From positions 1-64,000 of the IMG/VR virus record IMGVR_UViG_3300031251_000011: a stretch of 64,000 bases of DNA; one strand, given 5' to 3'. The translations under genes and the position numbers were made by a program. Position 1 is the first letter of the stretch. Each line of letters begins with the position of its first letter. Origin of the DNA: a virus. Under the pieces are notes generated by a model. The model was not told where the DNA came from. It did no database searches and worked only from the letters and a program-made list of their open reading frames with translations. Shown here in pieces: positions 1 through 7,819 of the stretch.

Positions 1-1
1 G

Positions 2-175
2 GTCTACGGGCCGTACGGCAAGGAGGTCGACGTCAGCACTCTGAAGGAGGAGGAAGACGAAGAGGAGGACAACCCGCTGGCGGCCTTCCCCCTGTCCCCC
101 GCGGCAGAGGAGCCCGAGGCTGACAGCGCCGGCCCGACCGTCCACCTCTACCTCGACCCGGAGGACGTGGCATGA
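2..175 (+). CDS. C-terminal fragment of an acidic protein (5' end outside window)
   Basis: Frame 2 is open from the window edge (VYGPYGKEVDVSTLKEEEDEEE...TVHLYLDPEDVA*); its TGA overlaps the next ATG (ATGA at 172-175). Confidence 0.7.
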   Translation, partial: VYGPYGKEVDVSTLKEEEDEEEDNPLAAFPLSPAAEEPEADSAGPTVHLYLDPEDVA

Positions 176-2001
176 TTATCCAACTCGCGATGGACGATGC
201 GGCCAATTGGAACGAGGGCGACCACCCGCGCGACGGCACGGGCAAGTTCACGAAGGGCGGCGCGGTCACCGCGTCACTGGCGAAGAGCGGATGGAAGAAA
301 GCCGGACTTCAAACCGCGAAGACCAGCACTTACACGAGCGCGAACGGTGTTGACACGCTCAACGTCAACAACGAAAACGGAAAATTCGCCGGCTGGGTTG
401 GCGGCAGTTACGTGGGAGGAGAAGGCAAAGCCGAGCTGCCCTCGCACCTCCAGGCCGGAGGCGACGGGACAGGGGGGAACAAGTCGATCGGCAGCATCAC
501 GCATCTCGCCGACAGTCCCACGCCGACCTTCACCGAGAAGCAGTCCGACTACATCGTCAACTCGCACGTCGGCAAGCTGATCCTGGCGGCGGGCTTCAAG
601 AAGACCAAGTCACCGGCCGGCGTGCTGGAGTACAAGCACCCGAGCGGCGCGATGGTGAAGATACATCCGCCGGCCGCCGACAAGAAGTCGTCGAGCGACT
701 GGACACACTTCGAGCCGAACGCTGCGGCCGGCGCGAAGGGCTCGGGCGTGGCGATCGGCAAGCTGCTGGGGCAGGCGGTGGCGAAGGCTGAGGCGGCGAA
801 GCCCGCAGCAGCAGTCACAGCTTCGACGGTTAAGGAGACATCGCTGGCCGACGCGGGTTACGTGGCAACGTCTATCGCCGGAGGTGCCAGCGGCAGTCTG
901 AACCAGTACAAAGGACCGAACGGCAGCTTCGTTGACTACAACACAAAGACCGGAACGTGGGCCGGCATTATCAACGGCAAGGCTTCCACAGGGGAAGGCG
1001 TGTCGTCGCTGAACCAGAAGCTCGCGGAAGCGGCGCCGGCTAAGCCTGAGAGCGCTCCGGCAAAGACGCCCGCCTACGTCTCTCCCTCCGTCGCCGAGAA
1101 GATCACGAAACATATCTACGGCAAGAACTTCGACTTGAAAGGCGCGCTGAAGGGTGACGGTTACGGAGACCCGACGGAGGCCGGCGGTGGCGTTTACGTC
1201 TTCAAGAAGGGCGACGCCACGGTGGAGGTCAACGTCACCGGAAAGTGGCTCGCCAAGACGCCCGGCCACATGACCAAGGAGGGCGAGGGCGGGGCCGCGC
1301 TGATGCAGCTCCTCTCCGGCCAGCCGGCTATCCTGAAGAAGGGCGACGCGCAGCCGTGGAAAAACTCGTCAGAGACCACGCTCGTGCCGCCGTCGCCGGA
1401 GCAGCAGGCGGCGCAGGCCGCGGCCAAGGCGGCGAAGGCGGCGGAGGAGGCGAAGGCCAACGAGAAGTCGGCCTCGTACCACCAGACGATGGAGAAGCTG
1501 AAAGCGGCGGCGCCGATGCCGACGTCCGCCCAGGAGAAGGCGCTGGGGAGCTACACCGGGTCAGCGTACAAGGCGTGGAACGACAACCTGCGCCACGATC
1601 CGGACTTCAACGATGCCAAGACAAAGGCGATGGACGACTACCTGCACGGGGCAGTCTTCCCGGAGGACGTGACCATCTACCGCAAGGTGTCCGGCGAATA
1701 CTCGAAGATACTGAAGTCCATCCTCATCGAGGGGACCAAGTTCGTGGACCACGGCTACGTGAGCACGAGCACGCACGAGGGGACCTGGAGCGGCGACATG
1801 CGCTGGGTGATCTCGGTGAAGAAGGGCCAGCGCGGCGCGGCGGTGAAGGACTACAGCAGCCACTCCGGCGAGAACGAGGTCATACTGCCGCGCGGCACCG
1901 CGTTCACGGTCACCAAGTACGACCGCAAGGCCGGGCTCGTCCACGTCGAGGTAGACCAGAAGCACATCGAGCACAAGTGGAAAGACAAAGTCAGCGCGTA
2001 A
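172..2001 (+). CDS. Multidomain protein with C-terminal VIP2/Alt-like (R-S-E) ADP-ribosyltransferase, probably virion-packaged
   Basis: C-terminal motifs YTGSAY..WNDNLR, TIYRKV (R), GYVSTST (STS), GENEVILPRG (ExE); N-terminal LAMD and WNEGDHPRDGTGKF leader; four internal repeats of about 60 aa. Confidence 0.88.
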   Translation: MIIQLAMDDAANWNEGDHPRDGTGKFTKGGAVTASLAKSGWKKAGLQTAKTSTYTSANGVDTLNVNNENGKFAGWVGGSYVGGEGKAELPSHLQAGGDGTGGNKSIGSITHLADSPTPTFTEKQSDYIVNSHVGKLILAAGFKKTKSPAGVLEYKHPSGAMVKIHPPAADKKSSSDWTHFEPNAAAGAKGSGVAIGKLLGQAVAKAEAAKPAAAVTASTVKETSLADAGYVATSIAGGASGSLNQYKGPNGSFVDYNTKTGTWAGIINGKASTGEGVSSLNQKLAEAAPAKPESAPAKTPAYVSPSVAEKITKHIYGKNFDLKGALKGDGYGDPTEAGGGVYVFKKGDATVEVNVTGKWLAKTPGHMTKEGEGGAALMQLLSGQPAILKKGDAQPWKNSSETTLVPPSPEQQAAQAAAKAAKAAEEAKANEKSASYHQTMEKLKAAAPMPTSAQEKALGSYTGSAYKAWNDNLRHDPDFNDAKTKAMDDYLHGAVFPEDVTIYRKVSGEYSKILKSILIEGTKFVDHGYVSTSTHEGTWSGDMRWVISVKKGQRGAAVKDYSSHSGENEVILPRGTAFTVTKYDRKAGLVHVEVDQKHIEHKWKDKVSA

Positions 2002-2023
2002 ACCAACGGAGGCCAGAGCTACC

Positions 2024-2617
2024 ATGAACAATTCCAAAGAGAGGACCGACGCAGCGGCGGCGCTCGGCCTCGACGACGGCCGCCTGCGCAAGCTCGCGCT
2101 CGTGCCGGTCGACGCGAGCAACGACGAGATCAAGCTGATGGCGGAGCAGCTGCTGCGCTACCGGCGCGAGCCCCGCCACCCCGACGTGTTCGGCGACGTG
2201 GGCGCGTTCCACAGCAAGTTCAATCTGCCAAGGCACCCCGCCGTGAAGCCGGCGATCCAGGCCGTTGAGATCATGCAGTACCGGGAGAATTTCCTGCGCG
2301 AGGAAGTTACGGAGTTCAGCGAAGCGTGGGTCGCGGACAAGAGCTACGAGGACACGGTCGACGCGCTGGTGGACCTGGTCTACGTGGCGCTCGGCACGAT
2401 GCACTTCATGGGCGCGCCGTTCAACGAGCACTGGCGCGAGGTGCAGCGCGCCAACATGGACAAGGTGAAGGGCGACATGGGCAAGGCCCGCACCGCGGCG
2501 CTCCCCGGGATCGGTGAGGCGTTCGAGGTGGCGAAGCCTCCCGGGTGGAAGGGTCCCGACCACGGGCGCGTGCTGCGCGACTTCCTGTACGTCCACCACG
2601 ACAGGACCTTCCCTTAG
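2024..2617 (+). CDS. MazG-like / all-alpha NTP pyrophosphohydrolase
   Basis: FHSKF...LREEVTEF...DALVDLVYV...EVQRANMDK...KPPGW pattern (EExxE...D..D). Confidence 0.85.
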   Translation: MNNSKERTDAAAALGLDDGRLRKLALVPVDASNDEIKLMAEQLLRYRREPRHPDVFGDVGAFHSKFNLPRHPAVKPAIQAVEIMQYRENFLREEVTEFSEAWVADKSYEDTVDALVDLVYVALGTMHFMGAPFNEHWREVQRANMDKVKGDMGKARTAALPGIGEAFEVAKPPGWKGPDHGRVLRDFLYVHHDRTFP

Positions 2618-2693
2618 GCTGGAGACTAAGGGGCTTAGGCAGGAGTAAAGTCAGGGCGCTACCGTTGAAAACACTCAGAGCGAGGAAGATAAC

Positions 2694-3020
2694 ATGGACG
2701 AGAAGCGGACCAAGAACATGCTGAAGCAGAACCAGCTCTTCAGGCTGGGCGACCTGCTCAGACAGCACTGCAGCTCGGTGGACGGCTTCGCCGTCTACTC
2801 GGACGGCTGGAGCGACGAGCAGGTCGTCGAGACGCTGAAAGGCGAGTTCTCCCTGACCGTGAGCAACGTTGCGGGCCTGCGCAAGAGCCTCCTGGGCAAG
2901 TTCCCTCCGTCGACCGAGAGCGGAGGCAACGCCAGCAACGCGTCGCTGATGCGGAGAATCGAGGCGCTGGAGAAGTGGGCCGCGGCCCGCCCCGTAGCCT
3001 CCTTCAAGAGGGAGGGCTGA
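2694..3020 (+). CDS. Hypothetical protein
   Basis: 108-aa ORF with upstream GAGGA and genome-typical codon usage. Confidence 0.7.
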   Translation: MDEKRTKNMLKQNQLFRLGDLLRQHCSSVDGFAVYSDGWSDEQVVETLKGEFSLTVSNVAGLRKSLLGKFPPSTESGGNASNASLMRRIEALEKWAAARPVASFKREG

Positions 3021-3023
3021 CGA

Positions 3024-3251
3024 ATGCCAGCCAGAGCTGATCGTCTCATAGAAATGTATGGCGTCAGCGGAAGGAGCCTGTTCGGGGACCTCCCGGACCC
3101 GCGGCGCTTCCGTCCCCCTGCCTCCCCGGGCGCGCACCAAACGCTCCGGCAGGCGGTCCTGGCGCGCAGGCTCGCCGCGCAGGGTCTCGTCATGCTGGAC
3201 CTCCGCGAGGTCGAGCTGCGGCTGCTGGCGAGGGGCACGACCGATGGCTGA
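3024..3251 (+). CDS. Hypothetical protein
   Basis: 75-aa ORF tightly packed between neighbours. Confidence 0.5.
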   Translation: MPARADRLIEMYGVSGRSLFGDLPDPRRFRPPASPGAHQTLRQAVLARRLAAQGLVMLDLREVELRLLARGTTDG

Positions 3252-3417
3252 GAAGAAGGTCAAGCGCACGGCCCGCCACCTGGCCGAGAGCCCCGGGAAC
3301 GCGAGAGCCGTCATCACCGCGTGCGGGGCCTACGTCCTGACAACGCGGACAAGCCAGAACGTCGACGAGGTCATCTGCCGCGAGTGCAGGCTGAGCAAAG
3401 CCAATGCCGACGCGTAA
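3244..3417 (+). CDS. Small putative zinc-binding protein (H..CG..CxxC)
   Basis: MAEKKVKRTARHL...TACG...VICREC; GAGGGG upstream. Confidence 0.6.
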   Translation: MAEKKVKRTARHLAESPGNARAVITACGAYVLTTRTSQNVDEVICRECRLSKANADA

Positions 3418-3580
3418 ACGCCGCGAGGTGACGCACCTCGTCAAATGGCGCAGCGTGAGTTCACGGCGGTGCACGGCGTACTGTGGTTGCTTTACGCCTA
3501 ACGCGGTTCGGTTCACGTCTCTTGGCGTGAACTGCAAGAGATGCTTGAGAATTGTCAACGTGAAGGGAAGAGGCAGATGA
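3404..3580 (+). CDS. Small putative zinc-binding protein, similar to the preceding ORF (not in ORF track)
   Basis: Hand translation MPTRKRREVTHLVKWRSVSSRRCTAYCGCFTPNAVRFTSLGVNCKRCLRIVNVKGRGR*; stop overlaps the kinase ATG (ATGA 3577-3580). Confidence 0.6.
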   Translation: MPTRKRREVTHLVKWRSVSSRRCTAYCGCFTPNAVRFTSLGVNCKRCLRIVNVKGRGR

Positions 3581-4233
3581 GCAAGGACGGAGCAATTATC
3601 ATTCTTGAAGGTGCCGACGCAGCGGGCAAGAGCACGCTGGCGCTCGCGATCGGGGCCGAGGTGATCGCCCAGGGCTCGGATTTCCTGTACCTGCACGGGC
3701 AGCCGTGGCCTGGCGTAGTTTACAAAGAACATTGCCGTATGCGGGACCACTCCATCGCCGCGGCGAACGCCGGAGCGGTCGCCGTGTTGGATCACTTTTG
3801 GATCGCAGAAAACCTGTACGGAACGGAGTACAGGGGGGCGCCCGCGTACGACCCGGCCAACATCGACGCCGAGATGCGCTCGGTCGGTGCCCTGCTCGTG
3901 CTCTGCGTCCCCACCAACCTGTCGGCCCAGGTCGCGCGGCACGCCGAGCGCCACGCGAGAGGCAAGGAGCACTTCGACCGCGCTTCCGGCATCATCGCGC
4001 GCTACGCCGAGCTGTGCGCCGGCAACGCCGACAAGAAGGGCGACGGCTACCTCGACGTGATCACACGTCGCTGCCGCTTCTTCCACCGCGACGACACCAT
4101 GCACTACGACATGGACCACCACAAGCCCGACTTCTGGGCGAAGCAGCTCGTCACCAACGGCCGCGACTTCCGGCGGATCAAGATGCAACCGAGCTATCAG
4201 GCGCATTCTGTGAAGACAGGCGGTGAAGCGTGA
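3577..4233 (+). CDS. P-loop deoxynucleoside monophosphate kinase (thymidylate kinase-like)
   Basis: IIILEGADAAGKSTLA Walker A; LDHFW at the usual DR position; adjacent to the TS homologue. Confidence 0.8.
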   Translation: MSKDGAIIILEGADAAGKSTLALAIGAEVIAQGSDFLYLHGQPWPGVVYKEHCRMRDHSIAAANAGAVAVLDHFWIAENLYGTEYRGAPAYDPANIDAEMRSVGALLVLCVPTNLSAQVARHAERHARGKEHFDRASGIIARYAELCAGNADKKGDGYLDVITRRCRFFHRDDTMHYDMDHHKPDFWAKQLVTNGRDFRRIKMQPSYQAHSVKTGGEA

Positions 4234-5123
4234 GCGCCGCGACGACGGCCTGGCGCAAGATGCTGTTCGACATTCTCGACGTCGGCTCCGAGGTCAAGCA
4301 GGTCAGCGCCGGCGCCGACTTCAAGGGCTCCACCAACAGGGAGCTGATCGGCTACCAGTCCCGCTGGCCGATGGCGATGCCGTCGGTGGCTTCGCCTTCC
4401 CGCAAGCTCGGCTACCGTTTCATGGCGGCGGAGGCCGCGTGGATACTTAGCGGAGACAATCGCCTCGCGACCATCGCGCCGTACACCAAGCACATGGCGC
4501 GCTTCTCCGACGATGGGCTGTTCCTGCGCGGCGCCTACGGGCCGCCGTTCGTGGAGCAGGTGAGCTGGGTGGCGGAGACGCTGCTGACGGAACCGTACAG
4601 CAGGCAGGCCGTCGCCACCATCTGGCGGCCGCGGCCCGGGCCGGGGAGGGATACCCCTTGCACGGTGGCGCTGCAGTGGCTCGTGAGGAACGGCGGACCG
4701 GGACACGAGATGACTTTGAACTGCGTCGCCACGATGCGATCGTCGGACGCATGGACCGGCGTGCCTTACGACGTCTTCAACTTTTCCATGATGACGGCGT
4801 ACCTGGGTCTCGTCATCAAAGACACGATCGCGCGTGAAGCCAGACGGCGCGGAGCACCGACTGTCGGGCGGCCGCCGAAGCTCGGCACGCTGATCCTTAC
4901 GGCCGGCTCTCAGCACCTCTACAAAGCGGACTGGGACGAGGCGCAGGCCGTCCTGACCGAGGCCGGGAGCAACGCCGAGGAGGCTGTGAACCTCTTCGAG
5001 CAGTCCCAGCTTGACCTCAACATGTTCTCAAACCCGCAGGAGCTTATCGACGCCCTGTGGTTCATCGCCCATCTGCCGTCGTCCGAGGCCGCGGGCGAGG
5101 CCCTGTCACGGTGGCACCCGTGA
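4230..5123 (+). CDS. Thymidylate synthase homologue, probably dCMP (hydroxy)methylase
   Basis: SRQAV, catalytic PCT, MRSSDAWTGVPYDV (Asp where ThyA has Asn), AGSQHLY. Confidence 0.85.
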   Translation: MSAATTAWRKMLFDILDVGSEVKQVSAGADFKGSTNRELIGYQSRWPMAMPSVASPSRKLGYRFMAAEAAWILSGDNRLATIAPYTKHMARFSDDGLFLRGAYGPPFVEQVSWVAETLLTEPYSRQAVATIWRPRPGPGRDTPCTVALQWLVRNGGPGHEMTLNCVATMRSSDAWTGVPYDVFNFSMMTAYLGLVIKDTIAREARRRGAPTVGRPPKLGTLILTAGSQHLYKADWDEAQAVLTEAGSNAEEAVNLFEQSQLDLNMFSNPQELIDALWFIAHLPSSEAAGEALSRWHP

Positions 5124-5653
5124 GGCCCGGCCGCGACGAGATAGGCCTGCTCATCGCCTCAGCCTGGGCGCTGAGGGCGACGTGCGGGAGAAGGCAGGTC
5201 GGCTGCGCGCTCTTCGACCGCGACGGGCACCTGCTGTCGACCGGCTACAACGGGCCGGCGAGCGGGCAGAGGCACTGCACAGATGAGCCGTGCCCCGGCA
5301 ACGACCCCGCGTTCAGGAGCGGTGAGGGGCTGAGCTTCTGCGAGGCGATCCACGCCGAGGCCAACGCGCTCCTGCGCTGCTCTAGCGTGGGAAGGATCGA
5401 CACTGCGTACGTCACGCACTCGCCGTGCCTGGACTGCGTGAAGCTCCTGCTGAACACCGGCTGCAAACGCATCGTGTTCCTGCAGGAGTACGCCCACGAC
5501 GCCGCGGCGAGGGAACGCTGGACCCGCGAGCCGCACAACGCGTACTTCAAAGGGCGCGCCGACTACCAGCCGCGGTTCCGGAGGTGGGAACACTTCGCGC
5601 CGACCATGGCTTTAATATCGACGGCTGAGCTGACGGACCTGAGAGGAGACTGA
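5120..5653 (+). CDS. dCMP deaminase (ComEB-like, Zn-dependent)
   Basis: RATCGRRQVGC, STGYNG, HAEANA, HSPCLDC; GTG start overlaps upstream stop. Confidence 0.92.
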   Translation: MRPGRDEIGLLIASAWALRATCGRRQVGCALFDRDGHLLSTGYNGPASGQRHCTDEPCPGNDPAFRSGEGLSFCEAIHAEANALLRCSSVGRIDTAYVTHSPCLDCVKLLLNTGCKRIVFLQEYAHDAAARERWTREPHNAYFKGRADYQPRFRRWEHFAPTMALISTAELTDLRGD

Positions 5654-5656
5654 ATT

Positions 5657-6085
5657 ATGAAGATCACCCTGTGCGGCTCGACGCGTTTCGTGAAAGCGTT
5701 CGCCGACTGGAATGCCGGTCTCACGCTCGCCGGCCACGTTGTCTACGGCCTGGCGATGCACGGGCGCCAGACCTCGGACAAAGGCAAGCCCGAGGAGCTT
5801 GAGCTGATAACGGACGACGAGAAGATCGTCCTGGACCTGATGCACCTCGCCAAGATCGAGGAGAGCGACGCGGTCGTGATCCTCAACGTTGACGACTACA
5901 CCGGCGAGAGCACGAAGCGCGAGCTTCGCTGGGCTCAGCTTCGAGGCAAGCAGGTGTTTTACCTGGAGAACGCGCGCCGCGGGGTCGGCGTGATCGGCGC
6001 CAGCGTGTGGCACATCTACTCCACCGATGACAAGCCTCTGCTGTCGTCGGCCGGGCGGAAATATTTCAAGGCGTACGGAGAATGA
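5657..6085 (+). CDS. Nucleoside 2-deoxyribosyltransferase-like (NDT/Rcl/MilB superfamily) protein
   Basis: ITLCGS...HLAKIEESDAVVILNVDDYTGESTKRELRWA...GKQVFY; strong GAGGAG RBS. Confidence 0.7.
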   Translation: MKITLCGSTRFVKAFADWNAGLTLAGHVVYGLAMHGRQTSDKGKPEELELITDDEKIVLDLMHLAKIEESDAVVILNVDDYTGESTKRELRWAQLRGKQVFYLENARRGVGVIGASVWHIYSTDDKPLLSSAGRKYFKAYGE

Positions 6086-6444
6086 ATTTACCTACGCAGC
6101 CCGGCTTCTACTGGGCCCAGTGGCGCGTGAGCGACGACACCGTTGCCGTCGCTCACGATTACACGCCAAGCCACCGCTGGGAGGTCATGTGGGTCGACAC
6201 GCCGTACGCTGACGACAGCCCGGAGAAGCTCATGTGCGAGATACCGGGAGTTCCCGGCCAGCACACTCTGGAGGGTTTCGTTTGGCACGGCTCGCCGCCT
6301 CTCCCCCTGCCCTCTCCACCTAACAAGCAGTTCGGCAGCGAGCGCGAGAGGCTGAGCAGCGAGGAGGCTTACCGGCTCTACAAGAAGATGACGCCTGACC
6401 AGCGCATCGAGAATTTTTACAAGCTGACGCGGAGGACGAAGTGA
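6082..6444 (+). CDS. Hypothetical protein
   Basis: Starts LPTQPGFYW; overlaps both neighbours by 4 nt. Confidence 0.7.
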   Translation: MNLPTQPGFYWAQWRVSDDTVAVAHDYTPSHRWEVMWVDTPYADDSPEKLMCEIPGVPGQHTLEGFVWHGSPPLPLPSPPNKQFGSERERLSSEEAYRLYKKMTPDQRIENFYKLTRRTK

Positions 6445-7370
6445 CGACAACGGCGAAGGTGGTGGCTGACAGCGTGAGCCCGCAGGGCAAGCGCCTGATA
6501 ACCTGGGTGACGCGTTATCCGTGGCAGATACACGGCGAGGTGATGACGCATCGCGTCTTCTCCCGCAACGCGTCGAGCAACCGCGCGGTGCCGATCGCCA
6601 AGATGCTGGAGGAGGTTCGCAACCCGGACCTGCGCGCTTACCCGTCGTTCGCCGTCGTCGCCGGAAAGGGGATGACAGGGGGCGAGCCGACCACTCCCAC
6701 GCAGAGGCGCGCGTTCCGGATGGCGTGGGACCAAGCCGCGCTGAAGGCAGCCGACGCGGCCGAGGTTCTGAGCACCCTGGGCGCCGCCAAGCAGGACGTC
6801 AACCGTCTGCTGATGCCGTTCACGCACGCCAACGTCATCATCACGGCCACCGAGGTCGACAACTTCTTCGGCTTGCGGCTCGACGCGGCGGCGGACCCGA
6901 CCATGCGCGAGCTGGCGGAGATGATGTGGTACAGCATGAAAGCGTCGGAGCCGAAGCCGCTGAAACCGGGCGAGTGGCATCTACCGTTCATCGGTGACAA
7001 TGAACGCGAAGCTGCTGCGTTCACCGCGATGCACGATGCTATGTTCGATCCGGTACAAGCTCTTGTAAAAGTATCCGTAGCCCGCTGCGCGAGGGTCTCT
7101 TACCAGTCCTTCGAGACCGGCAAGCTGTCGACCGTGGCCGAGGACCTGGCTTTGTATGACAGGCTTGTCGGCCAGCGCGTGCTGCACGCTTCGCCGGCGG
7201 AGCACCAGGCGACGCCCGATCAACTGGCTAAAGCCGCGCTGCCTTTGGTTGAAGGTGAAGTGTGCTGGGAATATCCTGAGGAGCATGGCAACCTCGTCGG
7301 CTGGCGCCAGCTCCGGAAGATGTTGCCCGGCGAGAGCAGGGCGCCGCTGCCCGAGGGATACTCGCTGTGA
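6441..7370 (+). CDS. thyX: Flavin-dependent thymidylate synthase (phage ThyX type)
   Basis: EVMTHRVFSRNASSNRAVP motif, KQDVNRLL, NFFGLR, ARCARVSY, HASPAEH. Confidence 0.88.
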   Translation: MTTTAKVVADSVSPQGKRLITWVTRYPWQIHGEVMTHRVFSRNASSNRAVPIAKMLEEVRNPDLRAYPSFAVVAGKGMTGGEPTTPTQRRAFRMAWDQAALKAADAAEVLSTLGAAKQDVNRLLMPFTHANVIITATEVDNFFGLRLDAAADPTMRELAEMMWYSMKASEPKPLKPGEWHLPFIGDNEREAAAFTAMHDAMFDPVQALVKVSVARCARVSYQSFETGKLSTVAEDLALYDRLVGQRVLHASPAEHQATPDQLAKAALPLVEGEVCWEYPEEHGNLVGWRQLRKMLPGESRAPLPEGYSL

Positions 7371-7819
7371 GCGCGCGGGTCGGGACGCCCTTGCAGGCGG
7401 TAAAGTTCACGCTCACGAAGTTCCAGGACGGGTTCGTCGGGGCCATGTTTCTGCGAGACTGGTTCAGCGGCGCGCTGTCCGACGGGAGGTTCGAGGCGAC
7501 GCTGGCGCTCTTCACGAGCTTCTGCGCCGCCAACCCCGACGAGCCCGAGCGCGCTGACGGCCGCAAGGCCCACTACGGAAGCGGCAGGCAACCGCTCGAC
7601 GACATCGTCGACGCGGGCTGGGGGCCGGCCTTCTGCGCCGGCAACGTGCTGAAGTACATGCGGCGCGACAAGCAGGTCGAGGACAGCCGGAGGAAGGCGA
7701 AGTGGTACTGGGACAGGCTGTACGGTGAGAAGCCCACCGACGCGGGGTTCGAGGTGTTCGACCAGCTCGTGAAGCTGCTGACCGAGGACGAGCTGCGCTT
7801 CCTGACAGACAATGGCTAA
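7367..7819 (+). CDS. DUF3310 (T7 gp1.7-like) domain protein
   Basis: HYG...FCAGNVLKYMRR...ED..KAKWY. Confidence 0.75.
   Translation: MSARVGTPLQAVKFTLTKFQDGFVGAMFLRDWFSGALSDGRFEATLALFTSFCAANPDEPERADGRKAHYGSGRQPLDDIVDAGWGPAFCAGNVLKYMRRDKQVEDSRRKAKWYWDRLYGEKPTDAGFEVFDQLVKLLTEDELRFLTDNG

Noticed and set aside
4230-5123. Plain ThyA annotation
   Set aside because: Asp replaces the dUMP-specifying Asn, the GDxHxY motif is GSQHLY, and a ThyX is present nearby.
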